The notes under the pieces were generated by a model. That model ran no database searches and had not been told where the DNA came from. It saw nothing but the letters and a program-made list of their open reading frames with translations. Positions 14,150-25,720 of a stretch of DNA of 46,609 bases are shown piece by piece; the first letter of the stretch is position 1, and every line of letters begins with the position of its first letter. Both the position numbers and the translations under genes were made by a program. The DNA comes from Octopus bimaculoides (taxonomy: Eukaryota): assembly GCF_001194135.2 (NCBI RefSeq), contig NC_069000.1, positions 47,435,488-47,482,096 on the forward strand, in the 5' to 3' direction.

Positions 14150-14554
14150 TAAACCTTTTGATGCCAACCTGCCTGAGATTGTCCCTGGTTCTGTTTGAAA
14201 ATGATCAAAAAAGAAAACCCACCCATCCAAACTTAATCCAGGTTCTCCTGCTGAATAGGAATGATTTTACTAAATCCTTCATTATTGCCAAAATTAATCG
14301 AAACCAAGACAATGATTTTCAACAGAAATATGGTAACAAAAGGGTTAAAACTTGTTCTTGCCCCCTTTAATAGTAACCCTTTGAGATTGCCTGTGCTCCG
14401 ATGCAAATTAAAACATTTCACTAAAATTTCACTTATCTTCCACACCCCAGCTTAATAACATCAAAGCAATTATTACTAAATTCTTTGTTATTTTCAAATT
14501 TACTGGAAAGAAAGGCAGTGTCTTTCATTAGAAATGGGGTAATGAAAGGGTTAA
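14150..14554. mobile_element. Two adjacent piggyBac-type MITEs
   Basis: 14150-14348 has imperfect TIRs (taaaccttttgatgcca / tggtaacaaaagggttaa); 14374-14554 has taacccttt / aaagggttaa. CCC-starting TIRs with TTAA-like flanks are the piggyBac hallmark. Confidence 0.55.
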
Positions 14555-14859
14555 ACGGTTGGGTAGAAGACAGATGGATAGGGTTAACATAGGTGACATA
14601 AAACATTAAGTAGTTAACTAGAAGTTCTAAGAGTTAATATATTTGTGATCAAAGGATTAGGGGAAATATTACCTTACTTGGAAACAGGTGTGGATTGGTG
14701 ACAGGAAGAGCATCCAGTCATAGAAAATTTACCTCAACCAATTATGACTGACTCATGCAAGCATGGAAAAGTGGATGTGAAAACAACGATTATGTATGTA
14801 CATATGTATATTTATGTGTGTAAATATTTGTGTGTATATATATATATATAGTATAGATA

Positions 14860-14890
<31 letters not shown>

Positions 14891-15786
14891 GTGTATGTTT
14901 AGTAGCTTCCTCTGTCTCCTAATTTTCACTGCTAAATCTTTGGCTGACCTGACAATATGGTAGAAAATATTTGTTCAAGGTTGTTATTACGATGATGTTG
15001 ATGATGATAATGGTGATGTTTGGTTAAGAGAATTATTTCAAAGACATCTTGTTTATTTCTGTTAATAAAGAAGTTTTTTTGTGTTTTTTTTCTGCTAGCC
15101 CCAATGACTGAGGTCCTTGTTTCAATATTATCACCTCTAAAGAAAACCTACATTCACTCTCTCTTCTCCATAAAAACCATCCTTGTCTGTCTGTCTGTGT
15201 GTCTGTTTGGTTATTTATTTATTTATTGCTTTTTAAAACTGATCTTCTCTTCCTTAGTGTTGTTATCAAGATAAAGGGAGTCCCCACCACCACCACCACC
15301 ACCACTCTCTTTCAACTTTTTCACTACTACTACTACTACACAGGACCAACCTTGTCTGTCTGTTTGTCTCTCTCTCTGTTTCTGTGTTTGACCTGAGCCA
15401 GTTAACATCCTTAACTATAGACAACATCATTTCCATTACCACCACCACCATCTCCCCCTCACAAGCACCCTTCCACCACCACCACCAACAACACCATCTC
15501 CTCTGTGAAATATATAAAGATATTTTTATTGTACACACACACACTACACCAGCTCCCTCATTCATTTGACCCCTATTCTCAGTGTGAATTAAGGAGGTCA
15601 AACTTGTTACTGCAGGTATTTAGGCTAGCCATAGAGTTATATACATACTGGTTATTATATACACACTAATAATTATATACACAAAAGTAATTATATACAT
15701 TGTAGAGTTATTATATAGACAATAGCTATTTAACACACTGTGGCTTGCTGTGTTTAACTGCCTCACTGACAGATTATATATACTTG

Positions 15787-15836
<50 letters not shown>

Positions 15837-17029
15837 GTATGTGTAATATTTGCAATGACCCCCCGCACTCCCAAGTTTTATCAGTCCCCTGATGTGGTGT
15901 TATGTCCTTGGTCAGCACCCACGATGGAGCAGGAGAAAGAAAGGTTGCCAATAGGGAGTAATTGTCAATCTTCCTTAAAAGCCATTTTGCCTTCTTGAAC
16001 TTTACCCCTCCATCTTCTCTCCCCAGCCCCTCGGGGGTAGAATCCTCAGGTATCTCCTCCTCCATAGAAGCAACTTTCAGGTTGGATTCCCAGGCATGAC
16101 CGAGAGACTCTCTGACGATCAAATGCTTGAGATGCTACATTACTGTGCCAGTACCTGCAACTCCAGCTTCCTGCTGACCATCACTTGTCAATACACCTCC
16201 AACACATAACTCCGCTTGATTCACTGATATTTCATTAACATCCAGAATTAGAAAAACACAAAATATTCCGTTACTGCCCTTGTGATAGAAAATTTGTTTT
16301 GCCAACATTCATGGCTGTTCCCTTTTTCAGACTAGAGAAAAGAGAACCCACAGCTGCCCCGTTTCAGCCACAACTGACATCATCTCACAAGAGACAGCTC
16401 TTCTTTTCTTCCAGATTTAACTTTTTGCTACACTTTTCCTTCTGCCATTTATCATCAATGAGCAAACCAGGTCTCTGTATATTTACCTCCAGCAGGGAAG
16501 AGGCGATGGGCTTCCTGTCTGCATCTCTAAAAGATACATCAGTAACATTCTGATCAGTTTTTTTGTTTTTTTTAAATTTTTTGCTTTTACCAGGAATATA
16601 TTGCTCAACGATATCAAAATATCGTCATTGGTTTAAAGACCTCATTTCTATGCTTGCGTGGGTTGGATGCGGGTTTATTGAAGCAGACTTTCTATGACCA
16701 GATGCCCTTCCTTTCATCAGCTGACGCCTGTTTCCAAGCAAAATAACATTTCCCCATGATCAGACATATTTTTGCAGAAGATTGAAATTAAAAACACCGT
16801 TTAGATGACAGTCACACTCATTTACAACTATCATGCGATGTCAAGATAAGGACACACACACACACACACATGCACTTCTTTCAGTTTCCATCTACCAAAT
16901 CCAATTTCAAGGCTTTGGTCGGCCCAAGGCTATAATAGAAAACAGTTGCCCAAGGGTTGCTGCTCTGTGGGACTGAATTCAGAAGCATTTGATTGAGAAA
17001 AATGCTTCTTACCACACAACCATGTTTAT

Positions 17030-17195
17030 ATATGAGGGGGGACCTAAAAGATTCTGGAGTTTTGCAATATTATTTTATTCACTTAGTTTTTTATGTTTAC
17101 ACTTTTATTGTCTTCAAAGTATTCTTTGTTTTGAAGCAATGCATTCGTCCAGACATGCTTTCCATTGTCGGAAGCATTGTCGGAAGAACTCTGGT
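17030..17195 (-). mobile_element. Mariner 3'-terminal fragment
   Basis: Minus strand CFRQWKACLDECIAS / EYFEDNK (W..C..C...G.YFE-like C-terminus); terminus tatgagggggacctaaaag resembles a mariner TIR end with TA. Confidence 0.5.
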
Positions 17196-17469
17196 AAAGT
17201 GTACACATGTATACTTTACACACAAATGTGTGTGTGTCTATACACACACACACACACACATATATATAAATGAGCACAAATAGTACATAAATAAAGCCCT
17301 CTCCACACAATCTGCACTTCCTCAACAGGAAGTAGAAGGGACATAACCTAAATACTTAAACATTCACTAACTTCCTGTTTTATTTCTTATCAACATTTTC
17401 TATAAATTTCACCTGAATCCTCTTTATTTGAAAACTAAATATGTTGTTGGTGCTGTTGTGCATATACAT

Positions 17470-17605
17470 ATAATCTTTCACCTTGCTTCTTAATGGAGTG
17501 ATAACTTCTTCGCTCTTTAAATCTCATGAACCATCCTTGACTTGCCTTGAACTCCACATCTTTCACATCTGAATATTTTTTCTTCAGGTCCTCAAACAAA
17601 GACAA
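17470..17605 (-). mobile_element. pogo/Tigger (CENP-B-like HTH) transposase fragment
   Basis: LSLFEDLKKKYSDVKDVEFKASQGWFMRFKERRSYHSIKKQGE matches the FxASxGWFxRFKxR...GE signature of Tc5/Tigger HTH domains; truncated at the adjacent RTE-derived insertion. Confidence 0.8.
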
Positions 17606-17606
17606 T

Positions 17607-17937
17607 GAGTGTAGTGGGTGCTTTTGCGTGCCACTGGCACGAGGGCCAGTCAGGCTGTACTGGTAATGGCCACACTCAAATGGTGCCACTTTCTTTACGT
17701 GCCACCTGCACAGGAGCCAGTCCAGCGGCACTGGCAATGACTTCGCTCAAATATTTTTTTACGTGCCACCAGCACAAGTGCCAGTAAGGTGACGCTGGTA
17801 ATGATCATGCTCGAACGGTGCTTTTTACATGCCACCGGCACAGAAGCCAGTCAGCTGCTTTGGCAACGATCACGCTTGGACGGTACTCTTAGCGCTCCAC
17901 TAGCACGGATGCCAGTCATTGAATTTGATTTCGATGA
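17607..17937 (-). mobile_element. RTE-derived 3' UTR copy abutting the Tigger fragment
   Basis: Reverse complement of the repeat-unit region of 21840-22170. Confidence 0.8.
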
Positions 17938-17964
17938 TGGTGATGATGATGATGATATATATGG

Positions 17965-18220
17965 GTGGAAGGGCATCCAGCTGTAAAAGCCTTGCCAAAA
18001 CTGACCTCATAGCCTGTGCTTCTGCCATGTAGAAGGCACTAAGTCCACCTTGCTAAGTGGTTGGTGTTAGGAAGGGCATCCGGCTGTAAAAATCCTGCCA
18101 AAACAGTCACAGAAATCTGGTGCAGGCTTCTGCCTGGCTGCCTCTTGTGAAACCATTCCACCCATGCCAGCATGGAAGGCAGGTATTAAATGATGATGAT
18201 GATGATGATGATGATAATGA
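17965..18220 (+). mobile_element. Short elements sharing the RTE 3' terminus, with (GAT)n tail
   Basis: ggaagggcatcc(a/g)gctgtaaaa...cccatgccagcatggaa...aaatgatgatgatg. Related copies at about 14690-14790 (+), 16640-16850 (-), 29495-29650 (+) and 37390-37520 (+). Confidence 0.7.
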
Positions 18221-18935
18221 TATGCATATATACACACACATACACTTTACATAACAGCAGCTTGATTGTTATATAGTAGAAAGGAACTTTTGGCTTGTTG
18301 CACCCTTCTTTAATCCTATATGTATCCCATCAGGCCATTGTTCAACACTTTATATAAGTTAGTGAGGGTGGGGGAGGGAGGGAAGATCCATGGTCTTTGC
18401 AGGTCGTACACCCAAACCCGTCGTTAAACAGCAAGGAAAGGAGGACACATTACCTAGTGGAGTCCAAGATACACTTATATCTGAATAGAATGGACACAGG
18501 TAGAGCATCTTTGATTGACCTGAGACTAAACAACAGTAGGGACTTGTGTGAAGGCTGGGGTGATCCTTAAATGCCAGTCTTCCCCTACAGAAGGAGGGGC
18601 CTCCACTCTGACATTTTATCAAGGGTGTTCCAGAAGTTTTTGTAATTAGTGAGAAATGTCAATAAATCACTGACACACACATGCTAACACACACACACAC
18701 AGACAAATACATACACACACACACACACACTAACATATACACACACACATGCTAATATCCACACACTAACACTAACATGCTCACAGTTTACTCTTTGCTT
18801 TTGTCACTCACGCATCTACATTAGACCGCATTGCTGATGGCGATGGTGCTGGTGCTGGTCGTCACATGTCCACTGATGATATTTTCTAAATGTTTAATAA
18901 CAATGTGTATTGTGTCTTGATTTCTGCAGTGAGGA

Positions 18936-19600
18936 ATTATTATTATTATTATTATTATTATTATCATTATATGAAAACTCACAGCTTATTTTGCAGGGTA
19001 TGATGGAGTCCACAGCCAGCAGACTAAGGGGACACTTATTTTACTGGTGATGCTTCAAGAACCCTGCCAAGAATTCTTTCAGTTCCAAGCAATGCTGATT
19101 TTTGTAGGCGTTCTACCTTCGCATTTCCGCCAATCTTCTTCAGCCATGTTGGTAGTTGAGTGCTGATACTTCCAAAGTCCACCAATTACCTTTGCTATCA
19201 CGTCTACTCTCCTCATTGACCACAACCTTCGTATTTCACATTCCAAAGCGTCGTAGCTGTTTTTATTTTTTCTTCTTCTTTCACATTGATCCTCTTGTCA
19301 CTGGGACATGCTATGTCGATTACTACACACGTTCTGTCTTTTTCATTCACCACAACAATGTCCTGTTTCCTATGTCTGGTCAGGTGATTGCACTGGATTT
19401 GGCAATTCTCATTCTCAGTGACTCTTTCTGGGGTTTGCTCATACCACGTCTTTGCTCTTTGCAGGCCGTGATTCCCAGAGCTTCCAATGGATCGTTTGTG
19501 TCTGTATTGTGCCAATTTGAGGCATTCACTAATGAAATGTGTGAATGAAATATGGCATATACTCATTTTTGTTTTTACATTTCATTGTTTGTTTACATCT
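18936..19600 (-). mobile_element. 3' fragment of a restriction-like-endonuclease non-LTR retrotransposon (R4/Dong-like) ending in (TAA)n
   Basis: HFISECLKLAQ (CCHC finger remnant), WYEQTPERVTENE, HRKQDIVVVNEKDRTCVVIDIACPSDKRINVKEEEKI (degenerate PD..D-EK RLE motif), C-terminal LQKSALLGTERILGRVLE, then a short UTR and a (TAA)n tail at 18936-18970. Confidence 0.85.
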
Positions 19601-21224
19601 GACTTCTTGATACAAAGAATCAGTGCTGGCTTATAGAGTTCTATAGAATACCTGTAGAAAAAAAAATTTTAAAAAAAACATAACAAAATAATAAAGACGA
19701 GTGTTTTAGTGTTGGTTGTTAGTCACAACATTTTGGCTTGAAGAAGCTGGAAGATTGAATCGTTGAAATATTATGACTCTAACAACCATGAAGAAGACTC
19801 TAATCTTGATATATCAGAATATGATAATGACTATGATGATGATTATGATGATAATGTGTAAAAAGGTATGTGAAAAAGATCAAAGAGATTATAACGAGAA
19901 GTGGTGAGGTTTATGACAGACACAATAGAGAGACGGACTCAATTTTGCAGCTCACTGAAGCTTGGCACTCCATTAGAATTATTATTATTATTATTATTGA
20001 ATCTGTCATTTATAAAAATGCTCCACAATATATTTGAGTTTGTGTAGGGATATGTGTGTGTAGGAGGGGGTTTCTTTTCATGTGTGTTGGCATGGATAAA
20101 GGCAGGTGTACTCGGGTGTGGTGTGTGTATTTAATGTGGAAGTTATCTATGTGAGTACCTGAAGGAAGGAAGGGGTATCCATGCATGAATGTCTGTAGGG
20201 AGGAGGGAGATGTGTGTGTGCGAGAGAGAGAGAGAGAGAGAGAGGAGAGCGAGTATGTAGTTATGTGTCAGCTTCTATAAAAACAAGGAAATATGCAAAT
20301 ACACACACACACACACACGCATGCACACTGACAAACACACACACACACACACACACTTGTCTCTCATTACAGGTTTCTGAAAGTTGATGTAAATTATATT
20401 TCTGTTGTTCACTCATTCCAGCTGATGTCAAGTCCCTAATTCCCTGTGTCCCCTAACAGGACACTGCCTCTACCCCTTCCCCCAACTGTTGTGTTCAAGA
20501 CTTGGCAGAAACAGAAGGTATTTGAGCTCTAAACAATTACTAAACCCCTGTTTAAGGGTACCCTAACTCCACCCCGTGTACCCTCTCTACACACATTATC
20601 AAATCCTTCCGTCTTAAGAATAAGGAAAGTCACTTTGGTTAGTGTAGTCCTAGATGTACTAATATATCTAGAACTATATCTAAAATACTTGTCTCCTGTT
20701 AAGCTGTGTCCTCTCTTTGGGTTGTCTAACCACTACTACAATGGTCCCTGCTCTTCTGAATCTGTTACCTGTTCACCTAAGAGGAGGGACATTGCCCATA
20801 ACAACTGAAGATATTCCAAGATTGATGTGGTGGTGTTCAGCTTGGCCAGCGAAGGTAGTGGTTAGTGACTGTGGGTTTTGTGGTTTAACCCATGGTCAGT
20901 CCTGATCCAACACACCTTACAATCAAAGGTGTTCCAGCTATGACCTCTTTACTTGGGCTAAGTGTACCTAGAACTACATTATCTGATGTGTTTTTCTTGC
21001 TGTTTAGCCCCAGATCAATGCTGATCTCACAGACTTATGATCTAAGATGTTCCAGCCTATCTTTTATCTATGCACAGTGTATATATATATATATATATAT
21101 ACTCCTTGGTTTTTTAAGCCTCATACTTGTTCTATCAGTCTCTTTTGCTGAACTGCTAAAATACAGGGATGTAAGCACATCAACACCAGGTCAAGTGATG
21201 GCAGAAGAGATAGACAAACTCAAA

Positions 21225-21269
<45 letters not shown>

Positions 21270-21531
21270 GTGTTGACCTACATGTATATTTGTGTCTGTG
21301 TTTGCCCCCCACCCCACCATCACTTGACAACCGATGTTGGTGTGTTTATGTCCCTGTAACTTAGCAGTTCAACAAAAGGGTACATTAGAACAAGTACCAG
21401 GCTTACAAAGAATAAGTCCTGAGGTTGATTTCTTTGACTGAAACCCTTTAAGACAGTGTGCTCCAGCATGGCCAGACACAAATGACTGAAATGTGTAAAA
21501 GAGTAAAAAAATAGAATATATATATGTTGAT

Positions 21532-22293
21532 ATGGTCATGTGGCGAGAATGGATGAGGATAGCTGTGTGAAAAAGTGCCACACCCTAGCGGTTGAGGGTA
21601 CCTGTGGAAGAAGTAGACCCAGAAAGACCTGGGATGAAGTGGTGAAGCACAACCTTTGAACATTAGGCCTCACTGAGGCAATGACTAGTGACCGAGTCCT
21701 TTGGAAATATGCTGTGCTTGAGAAGACCCAGCAAGCCAAGTGAGACCATAACCCATGGTCTTTACCAGGGGTGTAGCCAGCCCACTTATGCGTACCTTTC
21801 CTTCATTGGACACTAAACTCTGCTTGCGAAGATCTGTTGAGGCTAGTGAAATTGAAATCAAATTCGATGACTGGCATCCGTACTAGTGGAGTGCTAAAAG
21901 CACCATCCGAGCGTGATTGTTGCCAGAGCAGCTGACTGGCTTCTGTGCCAGTGGTACGTAAAAAGCACCATTTGAATGTGATCGTTACCAGCGTCGCCTT
22001 ACTGGCATTTGTCGGTGGTACGTGAAAAAATATTTGAGCGAGGTCGTTGCTAGTGCCACTGGACTGGCTTCTATGCAAGTGGCACGAAAAAAATTCCATT
22101 TGAGAGTGGCCGTTGCTAGTAGTCTGACTGGCCCTCGGGCCGGTGGCACGTAAAAGCACCCACTACACTCTCGGAGTGGTTGGCGTTAGGAAGGGCATCC
22201 AGCTGTAGAAACTCTACCAGATCAGATTGGAGCCTGGTGCAGCCATCTGGTTTGCCAGTCCTCAGTCAAATCGTCCAACCTGTGCCAGCATGG
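21532..22293 (+). mobile_element. RTE-clade LINE 3' end (RT C-terminus plus 3' UTR with internal ~65-bp repeats)
   Basis: YGHVARMDEDSCVKKCHTLAVEGTCGRSRPRKTWDEVVKH is the RTE C-terminal GHV.RM...G.R.RGRPRKTW motif. It is followed by four ~65-bp repeats and the conserved ggaagggcatccagctgtagaaactct...tccaacc end. Confidence 0.85.
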
Positions 22294-23348
22294 TAAAAAC
22301 TGCATAGAAACCCTTCTGGTTTCAAATCTTGCTGAGGTCAACTTTGCCTTTTGCTCCTTATGGGTCAATTAAATAAAGTGCCAGTCGAGTCCTGAGTTCA
22401 GTGGAATTGACTACCCCCACACCTTCAAATTTTAGGCCATTCTACACACTTATTAAAGCATGTATGTATGTGTGTGTGTACATACACATATTTAACTGTA
22501 AAGCTACATAAGTGACTCAAGGTCAGAGAGTTTCTTGTGTTGCATTTAGCAAAGAGAGAGAGACAGACAGACAGACGGACACTGGAAATGTGAGGTTATG
22601 CCAGTATTTCATCCTGGGTCGTCGTGTTGTGATGTGGGCTGCAAGTTTATTAAAATATTAAAAATAAAAACCATCCAGTAGCAAATTGGCCTTCATGAAG
22701 ATCTCCCCACAATGATAAAGAAAAGAAAGCTAAGATGGAATGGCATTTAACAATATCCATTGGCATGCCAAGACCATGTTCGAAANNNNNNNNNNNNNNN
22801 NNNNNNNNNNNNNNNNNNNNNNNNNNNNNNNNNNNNNNNNNNNNNNNNNNNNNNNNNNNNNNNNNNNNNNNNNNNNNNNNNNNNNNNNNNNNNNNNNNNN
22901 NNNNNNNNNNNNNNNNNNNNNNNNNNNNNNNNNNNNNNNNNNNNNNNNNNNNNNNNNNNNNNACAAGGAATGGATGGCTAAATTGTTAGCAGAGATCTGA
23001 GATCTGGTACACAAAGCTGTGACTCATTGAAGTGATTTGTGTACAGTGAGGCACAGCGACACTCCTGTGACACCATCAGGAGTTGCCAGTTCAAGCAGAG
23101 GAGTGTGTGTGTGTGTGTGATGTGTCTGCAATGTGTATAAATATATACCTGTGTGTGTGTACAAATATGCACACACAATGGACTTCTCGTTGTAAGGATG
23201 AACACCTGCTTTCTTTCAGTCTTTCAAGGATATTATATTCAATGGCAGTGTGTGTGTGTGTGTGTGTGTGTAATGTGTGTATGTGTGTAGGCTTATTTCC
23301 TGTCCCATAAAGGCCAGTAGATAGTGAGTATGCAATGACTGCCATAAA

Positions 23349-23575
23349 CATCATCATCATCATCATCATCATCATCGTTTAACGTCCGCTTTCCATGCTA
23401 GTATGGGTTGGACGATTTGACTGAGGACTGGTGAAACCGGATGGCAACACCAGGCTCCAATCTAATTTGGCAGAGTTTCTACAGCTGGATGCCCTTCCTA
23501 ACGCCAACCACTCAGAGAGTGTAGTGGGTGCTTTTAAGTGTCACCCGCAGGAAAACGGCCACGCTCGAAATGGTG
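23349..23575 (-). mobile_element. RTE-derived 3' end with (ATC)n tail, truncated by gap
   Basis: catcatcatcgtttaacgtccgctttccatgctagtatgggttggacg... is the reverse complement of the family 3' end. Confidence 0.85.
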
Positions 23576-24741
23576 NNNNNNNNNNNNNNNNNNNNNNNNN
23601 NNNNNNNNNNNNNNNNNNNNNNNNNNNNNNNNNNNNNNNNNNNNNNNNNNNNNNNNNNNNNNNNNNNNNNNNNNNNNNNNNNNNNNNNNNNNNNNNNNNN
23701 NNNNNNNNNNNNNNNNNNNNNNNNNNNNNNNNNNNNNNNNNNNNNNNNNNNNNNNNNNNNNNNNNNNNNNNNNNNNNNNNNNNNNNNNNNNNNNNNNNNN
23801 NNNNNNNNNNNNNNNNNNNNNNNNNNNNNNNNNNNNNNNNNNNNNNNNNNNNNNNNNNNNNNNNNNNNNNNNNNNNNNNNNNNNNNNNNNNNNNNNNNNN
23901 NNNNNNNNNNNNNNNNNNNNNNNNNNNNNNNNNNNNNNNNNNNNNNNNNNNNNNNNNNNNNNNNNNNNNNNNNNNNNNNNNNNNNNNNNNNNNNNNNNNN
24001 NNNNNNNNNNNNNNNNNNNNNNNNNNNNNNNNNNNNNNNNNNNNNNNNNNNNNNNNNNNNNNNNNNNNNNTATATTACAAACTGACAGCCTCAACAGATT
24101 GATCAATCTGAAGCTCAGTTAAAACAGGTCCACAGTAACATCAAACTCAAAACCATACTTGCAAAAACCTATTTAACTATTCAGGTTATGTCTGCACCTT
24201 TTATTTTCTTAAAATTATTCTCAAATAGAGAAAACTTTAAAAAAGCCTTTCAAACTTATTTTTATTTCCACATCTCATCTGCTACAAACTGGAGGTCAGT
24301 TTAAAATAATCTTTAAAAACCAGTAATTTTTTAATTTAATTTTGTTTTTATTAATACTTCTCTATTAAGACCACAGGTTACTTCAGTCAACAGGGCACTG
24401 TAAACTGTTGTAACCAGGAAAAGTTTGAAGTTTTGTCAGGCTCAGCACAAATTCCTAACCAAATCCCATTATTTCATTAACTCCAACAACCATCTCATAT
24501 TTTGATAGAAATATCTTTTAACTTACGATTTGAAAATGGTGAAGAGCAGGGATTTTTTTTTTCTTCTATGGAAAATATTTTTATGAAAAGACACTATTGG
24601 ATCAATTGGAATCCTCGTTGTAAGAACCAACAGAATGCCCGTTGCATAATTCATAAGCTTCTCCATGGTCTCCCTATCTTCAGACATTTTCACGTTAAAA
24701 AAAAAATATATATTTTCTAAAAATTTTTTTTTCCTCTTCAG

Positions 24742-24957
24742 GAACTGAATTTTGCTCCGTCCACATCAGAGCCCAGACATTTGCCTGCAATAATGGGAGT
24801 GTGATGTTCATTGAAAAGTTAAATGCCTTAATGGACAGTGATTGGAAATGTCTTCACGATCTCAAGTTTTATTGCAATAAATACCGAAAGTGTAACATGC
24901 CACGTTCTTGTCAGAATGCATCAATAGATGCCAGAATACTTTATGGCTGCATTCCAG
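24742..24957 (+). CDS. Receptor gene, first visible coding exon: degenerate SUEL/Gal-lectin-like Cys-rich domain
   Basis: Acceptor ttttttcctcttcag, donor CAG|gtatgt; 216 nt, phase 1-1. Translates (G)TEFCSVHIRAQTFACNNGSVMFIEKLNALMDSDWKCLHDLKFYCNKYRKCNMPRSCQNASIDARILYGCIP, with 7 Cys and NGS/NAS sequons. C..G.VMFI / C..L..YC....C / YxC spacing resembles SUEL domains. Confidence 0.8.
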
Positions 24958-25230
24958 GTATGTCTCTCTCTCTCTCTCTCTCTCTTTCTGTCACTTGCTC
25001 CATGTCACTGTCTCTTTATCTTTCTTTCCCTCTCTTTGTCTATTTGTGAGTGTGTGTGTTTTTGCTGTCACTTTCTCTCACACATTCATTTCTATGTTAA
25101 CACACACACACACACACACACACATTCATCTGAATTCTGAGACTGTCGTAGATCCTGTAGTATTGAAAACTGTGGATATCAAGAATACAACAATTTTGAA
25201 GTGTCATATGCTTAGCAGGTTAGACACATA

Positions 25231-25266
25231 ATTCATTAAGATTCATTAAGATTCATTAAGATTCAT
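25231..25266 (+). repeat. 10-bp tandem repeat (attcattaag)x3.5
   Basis: Perfect copies read directly. Confidence 0.9.
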
Positions 25267-25417
25267 GACATTTAAATCCCAATGAAACCAGCCTCTGATC
25301 TTCACCATTCCAGGTTCAAACCCACTGCACAATGCTTTAGCTAGTGTCTTCTGTAGCCATAGGTTAACTCTCATAGGTGGAATTTGGTAGACGGAAACCA
25401 TTGCATGTACACATGTG

Positions 25418-25470
<53 letters not shown>

Positions 25471-25503
25471 NNNNNNNNNNNNNNNNNNNNNNNNNNNNNN
25501 NNN

Positions 25504-25520
25504 CGACGCTCTTCCGATCT
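25504..25520 (+). other. Illumina TruSeq adapter remnant (assembly contamination)
   Basis: cgacgctcttccgatct equals the 3' 17 nt of ACACTCTTTCCCTACACGACGCTCTTCCGATCT, directly at the edge of gap 25471-25503. Confidence 0.95.
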
Positions 25521-25720
25521 TATATATGTGTGTGTGTGTATTTCTTTTAAGTTCGTTTATGGGAAACGTTTTTGAGTATGCACTTAATAGCTTGTATGTC
25601 ATTATGTTGGCTACAGTCTAATGATTCCAAATTACAACAGCAGTTTTGTGGGATTGGACTGATTAGTGCCGTTTTAATGTAGGATAAATACAGTAATAAC
25701 AAGCAGAGACACCCAGCATT

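Noticed and set aside
18836-18920. Hydrophobic mini-ORF MAMVLVLVVTCPLMIFSKCLITM as signal-peptide exon for the receptor
   Set aside because: The only phase-1 donor is weak and would create a TGA stop when joined to exon 24742.
21890-22160. Regularly spaced ~65-bp repeats resembling a CRISPR array
   Set aside because: Units are diverged along their whole length with no unique spacers, there are no cas genes, the context is eukaryotic, and they lie in an RTE LINE 3' UTR with several dispersed copies.
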